Source: Candidatus Eiseniibacteriota bacterium (lineage in GTDB: Bacteria > Eisenbacteria > RBG-16-71-46 > CAVPCR01). From it: 64,000 bases of DNA. Positions 55,551 through 64,000 of this stretch are shown in pieces (the stretch's first letter is position 1; each line of letters starts with the position of its first letter). The stretch lies in contig CAVPCR010000005.1 in NCBI GenBank assembly GCA_963702435.1, positions 64,001 to 128,000 on the forward strand. The letters run 5' to 3'. Under the pieces are notes generated by a model. That model saw nothing but the letters and a program-made list of their open reading frames with translations, searched no databases and had not been told where the DNA came from. The translations under genes and the position numbers were made by a program.

Positions 55551-57011
55551 TCAGGGTCGTTTGAAGTGGCGATGGAGCTCGCCTCCCTTCCAGATGCGGA
55601 CCTCGAGCGGCATCTGCCCGGGCAGGCTGTGGGTCGCGCAGCTGAAGCAGGGATCGAAGGCGCGGAAGGCCATCTCGATCCGGTTCAGGATCCCTTGCGT
55701 CGGCTCGACGCCCGGCCGGATCATCGCCTGGGCCACCTTCTTGGTCACCATGTGGATGGCGGCGTTGTTGTTCGTCGTGCCGACGATCAGGTTCGCGCTC
55801 GTGCATATCCCGCGCTCGTCGCACGTATAGTGATGAGTGAGCGTGCCGCGCATGGCCTCGACGATCCCGACCCCCTCGCCGGTGATCCGCTGGGGCACCA
55901 CCCGGAAGCGGTCGCCGGTGATCTCGGGATCGGCGCAGTACTTCTTGAGCGTCTCCGCGTTCTGCACCATCTCGACGAGGCGGGCCCAGTGCTGCGCGAG
56001 GAGCGCCCGGCTCGGCTTCTGGCCGAGGGTCGTGAACATCTCCGCGTAGGCCTCGTTGGCGCGCGGCGTCGCCATGCGGTCGGCCACGTTGAGCCGCGAG
56101 AGCGGCGTCGCCGTGTAGAGGCTCGACTCGATCCCCTCGGTGAAGCCGCGCCAGCCGCGCTGCTTGAGATACGGGAACTTGAGATAGGTCCACGGCTCGA
56201 CGTGCTCGGCCACGTACTTGGCGTAGTCCGCCGGAGCGTACTTCACGATCTCCTGCCCCTGGAAGTCGACGACCCGCACCATCCCGTCATAGAAGTTCGG
56301 CGCGTTCTGCTCGTCGACGAGCCCCATGTTGTGGAGGTCGAGGGTGTAGGGTCCGTGGAGGATCAGCGTCACGTAGTCGGGGTTCGCCAGCACCTTGTCC
56401 CGGAACAGGGTGAGCGTGCCGAGCGCGAAATCGTAGAGCTCATCGGCGACCGGCTGGATCGCGGCCAGCTCCTCCTTCTTCAAGCCCTTCGACACCCCGC
56501 CCGGGAGGCACCACACGAGATGGGTCGCGCGGCCGCCGATCAGGCGCTGGATCTCCTGCGCCTGGGCCCGTGCCTTGACCGCCGCCACCACCACCTCGAG
56601 GCTCACCTGGGAGGCGATCCCGAGGACGTTGCGGATGGCGGGATCGGCGTCGGGGCCGAGCAGGAAGTCCGGAGCCGCGAGCGCGAAGAAGTGCGCGATG
56701 TGGCTGTGGATGTAGTGCGCCTGGTAGTACATGTCGCGGAGCTTGACCGCGAGCGGCGCCACCTCGCCCCCGAAGCAGCCGTCCACCGCCTTGGCCGAGG
56801 CCATGTGGTGGCTCGCCGGACAGACCCCGCAGATGCGGGTGACGATCCGCGGCAGCTCCTCGATCGGCCGGCCGACCACGAACCGCTCGAAGCCGCGGAG
56901 CTCGGGAATCTGGAAGTAACAGTCCTCGACCGCTCCTGTGTCGTCGAGGAAGATCTCGATCTTGCCGTGTCCCTCGAGCCGGGTGATCGGATCGATGCTG
57001 ATCGTCGTCAT
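55551..57011 (-). CDS. mvhA: [NiFe]-hydrogenase large subunit, group 3c-like
   Basis: IDPITRLEGHGKI, RGFE, L1 RICGVC, L2 RAFDPCFSCATH plus a cleavable C-terminal extension. Confidence 0.92.
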   Translation of the reverse strand: MTTISIDPITRLEGHGKIEIFLDDTGAVEDCYFQIPELRGFERFVVGRPIEELPRIVTRICGVCPASHHMASAKAVDGCFGGEVAPLAVKLRDMYYQAHYIHSHIAHFFALAAPDFLLGPDADPAIRNVLGIASQVSLEVVVAAVKARAQAQEIQRLIGGRATHLVWCLPGGVSKGLKKEELAAIQPVADELYDFALGTLTLFRDKVLANPDYVTLILHGPYTLDLHNMGLVDEQNAPNFYDGMVRVVDFQGQEIVKYAPADYAKYVAEHVEPWTYLKFPYLKQRGWRGFTEGIESSLYTATPLSRLNVADRMATPRANEAYAEMFTTLGQKPSRALLAQHWARLVEMVQNAETLKKYCADPEITGDRFRVVPQRITGEGVGIVEAMRGTLTHHYTCDERGICTSANLIVGTTNNNAAIHMVTKKVAQAMIRPGVEPTQGILNRIEMAFRAFDPCFSCATHSLPGQMPLEVRIWKGGELHRHFKRP

Positions 57012-57973
57012 GACCGGAAGCTCCTCTCGAGGTACGAGGCCGGGAGGCCGAACCGGTACGCGTAGTTCATGAAGTCCGGGATCGTGTCGAGGATGCTCTC
57101 GATCTCGTCGGGATCGCGGCTGTCGATGATGGAGGCCACCGCGGAGAGGAACTTGGCACCCTGGTCGGTCACGTTCGGCGCGGGGCCGTAGCAGCCGCGG
57201 CACGGCATTCCGCTCGTCGGGCAGCGCACGCCGCAGCCGGAGCGCGTTGCCGAGCCCGCGCACAGGATCCCCTGCTCCATGAGGCACTGCTCGGGATCGG
57301 CGATGATCTCCCAAGGGCGATAGAAGCGCTTGACCCACTTCTCCTTCTTCACCCGCGTGCAGTCGTCGCACACCGCGCGGTCGGCGGCGCCGACGACCGC
57401 GCCCTTGGCCGGCAGCGCGCCGGTGGCGATGGCGAGGATAGCGGCCTTCACCTGGTCGGGGGCCGGCGGGCACCCCGGCAGGTAGTAGTCGACATCCACG
57501 ATCTGGTCGAGCCGGTAGACCCGCTTGTAGAAGACGGGGATCTCGAGCTCCCCCGCCGCAACGTGAGTGTGCGGCGCCGGGACGGTCGTGTTCCCGGCCT
57601 CAAGCGACGGGTTGTCGAGATACACCAGCTGGAAGATCTCCTCGCGCGTCACCTGGTTGGCGAGGCCGGGGATCCCGCCCATGTGCGCGCAGGAGCCGAA
57701 CGCGACGAGGAGCTTCGACTTCTGCCGGAGGAGCTTGGCCACGCTCTCGTTCTCGCTGTTGCGCACCGCTCCGTTCCAGAACGTCACATCGAGCTCACCG
57801 TCGGCGAGCGCCGCCACGTCCTTGTACTTGCCGTCGGTCGCGATCGGCCACAGCCGGATGTCGCAGAGCCGGGCCACATCGAGGATGAACTCGTTGGTGT
57901 CGAGAACCGCCACATCGCAGCCGCCGCAGGCTGCGCCCCAGTAGAGGGCGATTTGCAGCTTACGCTCGGGCAT
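57008..57973 (-). CDS. mvhG: [NiFe]-hydrogenase small subunit
   Basis: ACGGC, FGSCA, LPGCPP, VCDDC, C..EQG..C.G.ATRSGC...CP.....CRGCYGP; no Tat signal. Confidence 0.9.
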   Translation of the reverse strand: MPERKLQIALYWGAACGGCDVAVLDTNEFILDVARLCDIRLWPIATDGKYKDVAALADGELDVTFWNGAVRNSENESVAKLLRQKSKLLVAFGSCAHMGGIPGLANQVTREEIFQLVYLDNPSLEAGNTTVPAPHTHVAAGELEIPVFYKRVYRLDQIVDVDYYLPGCPPAPDQVKAAILAIATGALPAKGAVVGAADRAVCDDCTRVKKEKWVKRFYRPWEIIADPEQCLMEQGILCAGSATRSGCGVRCPTSGMPCRGCYGPAPNVTDQGAKFLSAVASIIDSRDPDEIESILDTIPDFMNYAYRFGLPASYLERSFRS

Positions 57974-58490
57974 GGGCCACCTCCGCTGTCTCGCCGCACG
58001 CCGCGGCCGATCCGTTCCCGCCCTCCTCGACGGACGCGGCGACAGCCGGATCGAGGTCCCGTCCCGCCAGGTCCGCCAGCAGCACCGGACGGATGGGTGA
58101 CGGCCCGAGCTCGCGGATCTTCGCGGTCATCTCGTCCACGATGTCGGCGAACCGCTTCCCCTCGCTCGCGCTCACCCACTCGAGCCGCACCCGCTCCTTC
58201 TCGATCCCGAAGCTCTCGATACAGCGCGCGAGCAGCTTCATCCGGCGGAGCGCCTTGTAGTTGCCCTCGGAGTAATGGCAGTCTCCGGGGTGACAGCCGC
58301 ACACGAGCACGCCGTCGGCGCCCGCCGCCAGACTCTTGAACACGAAGCTCGGATCCACGCGCGCCGAGCACATGACGCGGATCACGCGGACATTGGGCGC
58401 ATACTTGATGCGACTCGTGCCCGCCAGGTCGGCTCCCGTATAGGAGCACCAGTTGCAGAGGAACCCGACTATTCTAGGCTCGAAACGCAT
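57960..58490 (-). CDS. mvhD: [2Fe-2S] MvhD/FlpD subunit
   Basis: IVGFLCNWCSYTGADLAG, RVMCSARV, GCHPGDCHY, WVSASEG. Confidence 0.95.
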   Translation of the reverse strand: MRFEPRIVGFLCNWCSYTGADLAGTSRIKYAPNVRVIRVMCSARVDPSFVFKSLAAGADGVLVCGCHPGDCHYSEGNYKALRRMKLLARCIESFGIEKERVRLEWVSASEGKRFADIVDEMTAKIRELGPSPIRPVLLADLAGRDLDPAVAASVEEGGNGSAAACGETAEVAHARA

Positions 58491-60214
58491 TCCAGCAACC
58501 CCTCGATTTGCGCGTTGATCTGCTGATCGGTGAAGTGCCGGCCCTTGATCGCCCCGGAGGGGCAGGCGGCCACGCAGCACCCGCAGGCCTTGCACATGGC
58601 GCTGATCACGTGGCTCCGCCGCTTCTCCTCGTCGTACTCGATGGCCGCGTACGGACAGAGCTCGTTGCAGACGCGGCATCCGGAGCACAGGCTCTCGTTC
58701 ACCTCGGCGAACACCGCCGCCACCTCGATCCTGCCGTGGGCGACCTTGGCCAGGATGCGGGCGGCGGCCGCCTCGGCCTGGGCGACCGAGCCCGAGATGC
58801 CCTTCGGCGCCTGGCAGGCCCCGGCGATGAACACCCCGTCGGTGGTGGTCGCCACCGGATCGAGCTTGGGATGGCTCTCGATGAACCAGCCGTCCTTGTC
58901 CTGGCTGATGTTGACCGTGCGCGCCACCTTGGCCGCGTCCGGCCGCGGCTCCATCCCCACCATGAGGACGACCAGATCGGCCGGCACCTCGATCTCCTCG
59001 CCCGACAGCTTCTCGTTGATGCGGATCAGCATCTCGAAGTCGTCGCCGGGCGCGGACTCGACGATCCGCGGCGTCTCGCCCTTCTCGTACATGAGGAACA
59101 TGGTCTTCATCTCGGCCGTGCGCCGGTAGAAGTCCTCGCAGCCCTTGCCGAAGGCGTGCATGTCGATGTAGAGGTCGTAGACATAGCTCTTGGGCAGGGC
59201 CGACTTGATCTCGTGCCCGTACTTGAGCGCGGTCATGCAGCACACCCGCGAGCAGTAGGCGTGATAGAGGGGGCTCCGGCTGCCCACGCAGTGGATGAGC
59301 GCGACGTAGCGCGGGACGCGCCCGCCGCGGGTCATGATCCGCCCCTCGCGGAGCATCCGTTCGAACTCGAATGAGGTGATGACGTTGGGGAGCCGGCCGT
59401 AGCCGTAGTAGTCGATCCGCGCGGCGTCGAATTCCTTGAACCCGGTGGCGACGATGACGGCGCCGCAGGGCGCCTCGACCGGCCCGGCCGGCGTGCGGAT
59501 CCGCGCCTTGAAGTTGCCGATGAACCCGTCGAGCGCCTCGACCTCCGAGTCGAGAAGCACGCGGATGAACTCGTTCCGGGTGACGCGCCCGATCCGCTCG
59601 GCGAGGATGTCGCGCGCCGAGTCGAGGTACGGCGCGGTCAGATCCACCCGCGCCACGTTGCCGCCGAGCCGCCCCGTCTTCTCGACCAGGATCACCGGCT
59701 GCCCGGCGTCGGCCATCTCGAGCGCGGCGGTGAGCCCGGTGATGCCGCCCCCGATGACGAGCGTGGTCGGGCACATGTCCACGTAGCGCTTCTCGAGCGG
59801 CTCGTGCCACACGACCCGGCGGACGGCGGCGCGGGTGACAGCGGCCGCCTTCTCGGTGGCGGCTCGGTGGTCATCATGGACCCAGCTGCACTGCTCGCGG
59901 ATGTTGGCCATCTCGAGGAAGTAGGGGTTGATGCCGCCCGTCTGCAGGGCCCGCCGGAAGGTGGGCTCGTGCATGCGCGGACTGCAGGCCGCCACCACCA
60001 CCCGGTCGAGGCCGCGCTCCTTGATGTCCTGGACGATCATCTCCTGGCCCGGAGTCGAGCACATGTACTTGTACGACCGCGTGACCGCCACGCCCGGGAT
60101 GTCGGCCACCGAGCGCGCCACCGCCTCGCAGTCGACGACCTTGGCGATGTTGCTGCCGCAGTTGCAGACGTAGACGCCGATCTTCTGCTCGTTCGCGGAC
60201 CTCTGGTCGTCCAT
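58469..60214 (-). CDS. hdrA: HdrA-family flavoprotein (intact N-terminal cluster motif, C-terminal ferredoxin)
   Basis: YVCNCG, ACSP, NIREQCSW, GGGITG, CVGSR...CSRVCC, CSGCRVC...CP and CKACGCCVAACP. Confidence 0.92.
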   Translation of the reverse strand: MDDQRSANEQKIGVYVCNCGSNIAKVVDCEAVARSVADIPGVAVTRSYKYMCSTPGQEMIVQDIKERGLDRVVVAACSPRMHEPTFRRALQTGGINPYFLEMANIREQCSWVHDDHRAATEKAAAVTRAAVRRVVWHEPLEKRYVDMCPTTLVIGGGITGLTAALEMADAGQPVILVEKTGRLGGNVARVDLTAPYLDSARDILAERIGRVTRNEFIRVLLDSEVEALDGFIGNFKARIRTPAGPVEAPCGAVIVATGFKEFDAARIDYYGYGRLPNVITSFEFERMLREGRIMTRGGRVPRYVALIHCVGSRSPLYHAYCSRVCCMTALKYGHEIKSALPKSYVYDLYIDMHAFGKGCEDFYRRTAEMKTMFLMYEKGETPRIVESAPGDDFEMLIRINEKLSGEEIEVPADLVVLMVGMEPRPDAAKVARTVNISQDKDGWFIESHPKLDPVATTTDGVFIAGACQAPKGISGSVAQAEAAAARILAKVAHGRIEVAAVFAEVNESLCSGCRVCNELCPYAAIEYDEEKRRSHVISAMCKACGCCVAACPSGAIKGRHFTDQQINAQIEGLLECVSSLE

Positions 60215-60224
60215 CGCGTCTCCC

Positions 60225-61382
60225 TCACGCCGCCCGCGTGCTCGCCGCGGCCGCCACGGCCGGCGCCGCTGCCGGCTCGCTCGCCCGCATGGCGATCGCT
60301 TCGAGCTCCGAGAAGTACATGGCCAGCGGGCGATAGGCGAGATGCGCCCACTTGCTGAAGGGAACCTCGAGCCCGAGCATGGGCACGACTCCCATCATGT
60401 GAATCAGGTAGGTCACGTTCGCCGCCCGCTCGAGGCCGGCCCGGTGCAGCCCGTGCTGGAGGATGCCGGTCGCCGCCACGAAGAGGAGGAGAACAAGGAA
60501 GATCCAGTCGGTCTCGTGCGAGTGCGCATAATGAGGCTCCACCCGCCGCAGCCGGCCGCGGATCGCGTAGATGGCGGTGGCGAGGAGCCCCGCCGTCGCC
60601 GCATAGCCGAAGACATGCACGCGCCAATCGATGGCCGGGCCCGCCTGCACGTAGTGCAGGAAGAACATGATGAGGACGAGCATCGTGAGATAGCTCATCA
60701 TGAGGGCGAAGTGCACGGCCCACGGTCGCTTGCTCGCGCACTGCCGGTAGCGCCGCTGGGTCAGGAAATGCAGCGGCAGGAGATAGATGCTCTTGATGTA
60801 GCCCGAGAGAGGAATCTTGAGCTCCCGCTTGCTCCCGATCGTGAACCACCACATGCGGGTGCAGTTGACGAGGAGGAGCGCGAGCAGCGTGCCGCCGAGG
60901 ATCCAGTCGAACCGGTGCACGGCCGAGCTCGGCAGGAAGGCGCCGGGGCCGTCGTACACGTCGATGCTCCCGTGCGTGGACCCGTAGAGGTAGAAGCCGA
61001 GGCCGGTCAGGAGCGCCACCAGCAGGATGGCTCCGAGCTCGATCCGCCACGAGCGGTAGAACAGGCGCGAGATGCCGGTGAAGTCGTAGCGCGAGGTGAG
61101 CCAGCGCCGCATGCTCATCATGGTCTCACCCGGCTCCGCCTCGCGCGGGCATTCGGCCGAGCACTCCCCGCAGTAGTAGCAGAGCCAGGGCTCGAGATCC
61201 CCGCGCAGCTTCTCCTCGAGCCCCATCTGCAGGTGGCGCATCGAGCGGCGCGGAAACAGGAAGGGCTCCTGCGAGAACGGACACGCGGCGCTGCAGTTCC
61301 CGCAGTGATAGCACTTGCTCACGTCCTGTGCGCCGTACCGCTCGAGATCCTCGATCAGCTGCGGATTGACCCGAATCGCCAT
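60225..61382 (-). CDS. QmoC-like protein: HdrC-type 2[4Fe-4S] domain fused to a heme-b-type membrane domain
   Basis: CYHCGNCSAACP, WLCYYCGECSAECP, about 6 TM helices with His residues, PFSKWAHLAYRP. Confidence 0.85.
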   Translation of the reverse strand: MAIRVNPQLIEDLERYGAQDVSKCYHCGNCSAACPFSQEPFLFPRRSMRHLQMGLEEKLRGDLEPWLCYYCGECSAECPREAEPGETMMSMRRWLTSRYDFTGISRLFYRSWRIELGAILLVALLTGLGFYLYGSTHGSIDVYDGPGAFLPSSAVHRFDWILGGTLLALLLVNCTRMWWFTIGSKRELKIPLSGYIKSIYLLPLHFLTQRRYRQCASKRPWAVHFALMMSYLTMLVLIMFFLHYVQAGPAIDWRVHVFGYAATAGLLATAIYAIRGRLRRVEPHYAHSHETDWIFLVLLLFVAATGILQHGLHRAGLERAANVTYLIHMMGVVPMLGLEVPFSKWAHLAYRPLAMYFSELEAIAMRASEPAAAPAVAAAASTRAA

Positions 61383-61395
61383 GGCTCCTCCTCGC

Positions 61396-63216
61396 TCAGA
61401 TTCCGGCGACTGCTCTGGCCCCCGACTCGATCTCCTCGAGCGTCAGGCTCGCGCGGCTCCCGGCCCCGCGCCCGCTCACGATGCTCTTCAACACGCGCGC
61501 GGCCACCGCCGAGGCCTGGGCCACCGTGTCGGGGATATCCCGCGGCCCCTGGCACACGCCGGCGACGAAGATGCCGCCGCGCTCGGTGCTCGTGGGCTCG
61601 ATGTTGTAGTCCATCTCGGTGAACCACCCGTCCTCGTCGCGGACGATGCCGATCACCCGCGCCAGGTCATCGGCCCCGGGCGCCGGCTGGAGCCCCACCG
61701 AGAGCAGCACCATGTCGGCCGGGAACTCGACCAGGCGGTCTTTCAGGATGTCCTCGCCCTTCACGTACATCTGGCCGTCCCGCTCCCCCACCCGGGCCGA
61801 CCGCCCGCGCATGACGAAGACGTCCTCGTGCTTGATGCGCTCGAAGAACTCCTCGTAGCCCTTGCCGAAGGCGCGCATGTCGATGTAGAACTCGTAGCAG
61901 GTCGCGTCCGGCAGCTTCTCGCGCACGAGATGCGCGAACTTGAGCGAGTACATGCAGCAGACCCGGCTGCAGTAGCGGTTGTAGTGCGCGTCGCGCGACC
62001 CTACGCAGTGGATGATCGCCACGCTCTTCGGGCGCGGCCCCTCGGTGTCGAACACCCACTCGTTGGTCTTGGTCCGCTTGTTGTACTTCTGCGTCTTCTT
62101 GACGATGACCCCGCCGGTGGGACCTGAGGCGTTGGTCAGCCGCTCGAACTCGAGCGCGGTGAGCACGTTGGGATGGACTCCGTAGCCGTAGCGGGCGATG
62201 CGCCCGGCGTCGAACACATCATACCCGGTGGCGACGATGATGTTGCCGACCTCGATCTCGACGACCTCGTCCTGCTGATCGAAGTGGATGGCCTCCTTGG
62301 CGCACTTCTTGAGGCAGGCGCCGCACTTCTCGCCGCCGGTCTTGAGATAGGTGCAGGACTCGCGGTCGACTAGATAGGTGTTGGGCACCGCCTGCGGGAA
62401 GGGCATGTAGATCGCCTTCCGCGTCGTGATGCCCGAGTCGAACTCGCTCGGCACCGAGACCGGGCAGAACTCCATGCAGGCATGGCAGGCGACGCAGGCT
62501 TCCGCATCGACGTAGCGGGCCCGCTTCAATACCTGGACCCGGAACTCCCCCGGCGAACCGGTGACCTGGGTCACCTCGGCGCAGGTCAGGAGGTCGATCA
62601 TCGGGTGCTGGGCCACCGCCACCATCTTCGGGGTCAGGATGCAGGCGGCGCAGTCGAGCGTCGGGAAGGTCTTGTCGAACATGGCCATGTGGCCGCCGAT
62701 GGTCCCCGTGCGCTCGATCAGCACGACCCGCTGCCCGGCGTCGGCGATCTCGAGCGCCGCCTGGATGCCGGCGACCCCGCCGCCGATGACGAGGGTCACC
62801 GGATTCATCGGCACCGGCTTCGGCACTGCGGCGAGGCCGAAGGGCACGCCGTAGACCGCGCAGGCCACGACCGCCTTCGCCCGCTCGGTCAGGTTGCCGC
62901 CGAGCGCGCCGTGCTCGCGGAAGGAGGCGAGGCGCACGCGCTCGGGATCGCCGCCGGAGAGCGCGAGCGCCCGCGTGAAGGCCTGCTTGAAGTAGCCCGG
63001 CGAGTCGCCGGCGATGACCACCGTGTGCAAGTCCTTGCGCTTGAGCTCCCAGGACAGGGCGTCGGGGTCGAGGCGCGGCCTGATCCCGCGGATCTCCGCG
63101 TGCACAACTCCGGGGAGATGTACCGCGTAATCGGCCACCGCATCCAGATCAAGCCCGTCCGCCGGCCCGGGGCCCTCCATGCAGATGAAGACGCCGATCT
63201 TGCCTAGCTCAACCAT
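61396..63216 (-). CDS. hdrA: HdrA-family flavoprotein (inserted ferredoxin, degenerate N-terminal cluster motif)
   Basis: GGGVAG, DKTFPTLDCAACIL, CVACHACMEFCP, CGACLKKC, CVGSR...CSRVCC; ATG 63216 preferred over 63681. Confidence 0.9.
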   Translation of the reverse strand: MVELGKIGVFICMEGPGPADGLDLDAVADYAVHLPGVVHAEIRGIRPRLDPDALSWELKRKDLHTVVIAGDSPGYFKQAFTRALALSGGDPERVRLASFREHGALGGNLTERAKAVVACAVYGVPFGLAAVPKPVPMNPVTLVIGGGVAGIQAALEIADAGQRVVLIERTGTIGGHMAMFDKTFPTLDCAACILTPKMVAVAQHPMIDLLTCAEVTQVTGSPGEFRVQVLKRARYVDAEACVACHACMEFCPVSVPSEFDSGITTRKAIYMPFPQAVPNTYLVDRESCTYLKTGGEKCGACLKKCAKEAIHFDQQDEVVEIEVGNIIVATGYDVFDAGRIARYGYGVHPNVLTALEFERLTNASGPTGGVIVKKTQKYNKRTKTNEWVFDTEGPRPKSVAIIHCVGSRDAHYNRYCSRVCCMYSLKFAHLVREKLPDATCYEFYIDMRAFGKGYEEFFERIKHEDVFVMRGRSARVGERDGQMYVKGEDILKDRLVEFPADMVLLSVGLQPAPGADDLARVIGIVRDEDGWFTEMDYNIEPTSTERGGIFVAGVCQGPRDIPDTVAQASAVAARVLKSIVSGRGAGSRASLTLEEIESGARAVAGI

Positions 63217-64000
63217 GCGCTGATCCCTCGCTGTCGAGTCTCGAAACTCGTGAGGAACTGCGGTCTCACAGGATAGCCGGCATTCGCGACGAACACCGGC
63301 TTGACGGATGCCGCGGGCGATGTGCCTTCGACACATGGGCACGCGGAGAGAGGCGACTCGGACGCGGCCGCAACGTGGACATGGATCCGATGAAGAATGG
63401 ACGTTCTCGTCGACATGCCGCGCATGTCCTGCCTGCACGGTCGGCGATGGGGAGCGCCGCAGTCGAGTATAGGGCGCCGGATCGCTCCGGTCAAAGCACG
63501 TAGAGAGAAGAAGATTGCAGCCGCTCAAGGCAGCGCCCATATCAGAATTTATCGGTCGCCCGCGGCGCCGGGTTGATGTGAGACGGACCTCGGCCCTCCG
63601 AGGACGGCTCGCGGTCTGTCGCTGGCGCGAGACGCGACACGCAACGACGATTTGTCCGATGCATTGTGACGCGCCAGTCAATTGTTGTTCGACCCGGGGC
63701 GCTCATGTCATCATGTCAGTAATCATCGCTGTCCAGGGCGGCGCGAAGGGACCTGGCTCCATGACGTCCAATCCCGACCCGCCGGCGGGACCCACCGCCG
63801 GTTCCACTCGCCTTCGCCCGGGCGCAGATCGCGGCCAAAGCGGGGCGCGGGCCGGGGTTCGTGGCGGTCGACCACCATCGCCCGGACGACGTGCCGGCTC
63901 CCGCCCCCCGATGAGAACTGCCGCGCTCCGGTTCCGGTGAACCGAGGCGCGGCAGTCCGGTCTCCGGCGGCGATTCGATCGCGATCAGCGCGTGCTGCTC

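Noticed and set aside
57960..59810. 616-aa ORF read as an HdrA-MvhD fusion
   Set aside because: Only the last 176 aa (from ATG 58490) are MvhD; the rest is an alternate frame of hdrA.
63217..64000. Upstream extension of hdrA, the 63515-63940 ORF, and FNR/Rex/sigma-54 sites
   Set aside because: The translations are not protein-like and no motif matched a consensus convincingly; probably a regulatory region.

Overview
This 64 kb window is very GC-rich bacterial DNA. At least six secreted proteins carry a PNPF...W/FDG...SGxYF C-terminal FlgD-Ig/T9SS-type sorting domain, which suggests an FCB-related lineage such as Eisenbacteria, Krumholzibacteria or Latescibacteria (inference only). The left half holds: an ECF sigma factor coupled to a Ser/Thr kinase-STAND ATPase-TPR protein, with a second orphan paralogue; a YqhH/YqhG-like SNF2 pair; a decayed glycosyl-glycerate synthase opposite a glycerate kinase; a sulfatase/anSME cluster; a frameshifted subtilase lacking its catalytic Ser; and a TBDR-ECF-anti-sigma-lipoprotein unit with a repeated promoter motif. 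The main feature is a ~20 kb divergon at 30420-50581. Its right arm encodes an Agl-Glt-like trans-envelope motor (giant TPR, TPR lipoprotein, GltF/CglF-like peptide, ExbB, two ExbD, AgmX/PglI TonB-like protein). Its left arm encodes c-heme lipoproteins (one hydrazine-synthase-alpha-like), TlpA, DUF4266, DUF3570, three small beta-barrels and a secreted NHL protein. ApbE sits at the far end of the right arm, and both arms have sigma-54-type promoter motifs. The window ends with an HdrA-QmoC-HdrA-MvhD-MvhG-MvhA-protease operon that lacks HdrB. No rRNA, tRNA, CRISPR array or mobile element was seen. All family calls come from motif recognition, not database searches.
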